This document shows, piece after piece, positions 63,596-64,000 of a stretch of DNA of 64,000 nucleotides. This DNA comes from Pseudobacteriovorax sp. (lineage in GTDB: Bacteria; Bdellovibrionota_B; Oligoflexia; Oligoflexales; Oligoflexaceae), in contig JBNKNM010000008.1 in NCBI GenBank assembly GCA_050293845.1, positions 1 through 64,000 of the forward strand. The letters are read 5' to 3'. The position numbers and the translations under genes are program-made. The notes beneath the pieces were generated by a model. The model made no database searches. It saw only the letters and a program-made list of their open reading frames with translations, and was not told the origin of the DNA. Positions within the stretch are counted from its first letter, which is position 1; each line of letters opens with the position of its first letter.

Positions 63596-64000
63596 GCAGC
63601 GCTCTGCGAACCAGACATGCATTTAAGTATGTTTTCACGAAAAGCTATTAAAAATGGATCTTGTAACATACTTTCACCAGCTCGAGACACTATGCTCTGG
63701 TGAATCAATTGATCAAGCATAGAGATGGCTTCGGTATATTGACCGGCAGCTTTCCGAAAAACTATTTCCGATAACTCTTTAGCAATAGCAAGCTTATAGT
63801 CACGTTGTTCGACGATACCATGACCAAAAAGTTCGTATATTTTTAGCAGGTCAAAACTGTGCCGCGTCGGTACCATATCTACCAAACGTTTAAAGTGATA
63901 ATAGCCTAAGGTACGGACAAATTGTTCTGAAGCAACAACTTCTAAGCCTAATTTTTTCGAGACTTGATTGAGTTGAATGGTATCTTCAATTAACGAACCA
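63592..64000 (-). CDS. Partial gene running off the window; C-terminus resembles a degenerate class III nucleotide cyclase
   Basis: The frame is open to the window edge: GSLIEDTIQLNQVSKKLGLEVVASEQFV...KRLVDMV....LKIYEL, followed by a helical tail. Confidence 0.5.
   Translation of the reverse strand, partial: GSLIEDTIQLNQVSKKLGLEVVASEQFVRTLGYYHFKRLVDMVPTRHSFDLLKIYELFGHGIVEQRDYKLAIAKELSEIVFRKAAGQYTEAISMLDQLIHQSIVSRAGESMLQDPFLIAFRENILKCMSGSQSAA

Overview
A 64-kb window of an AT-rich Gram-negative bacterial chromosome. The gene content (7TM-DISM/Hpt/CheA-like kinase, DUF4360, many secreted lipoproteins and beta-barrels, type III glutamine synthetase) suggests Oligoflexia/Bdellovibrionota, which is an inference. 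It opens with decayed Tn3 and IS3 elements, continues through transport, envelope and metabolic genes, and contains several pseudogenes (HmuY-like, IPNS-family oxygenase, YdeI-like, a TnpB/cholesterol-oxidase chimera, a GFA cassette remnant). The main candidate for a new system is a tightly coupled five-gene operon at 54664-59237 on the minus strand: TPR lipoprotein, MotA, MotB, a single membrane protein that appears to fuse a FliF-like periplasmic ring domain to FliG-like rotor domains, and an outer-membrane beta-barrel. No flagellar genes are nearby, so this may be a non-flagellar ion-driven rotary machine. Other highlights are a probable sigma-54-driven, GGA-hairpin-rich CsrB/Rsm-like sRNA (about 63342-63595), a solitary integron attC site, a Cys/His/Asp 9-aa repeat protein and a secreted PPAD-like deiminase. 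All family calls come from motif recognition by eye; no searches were run.
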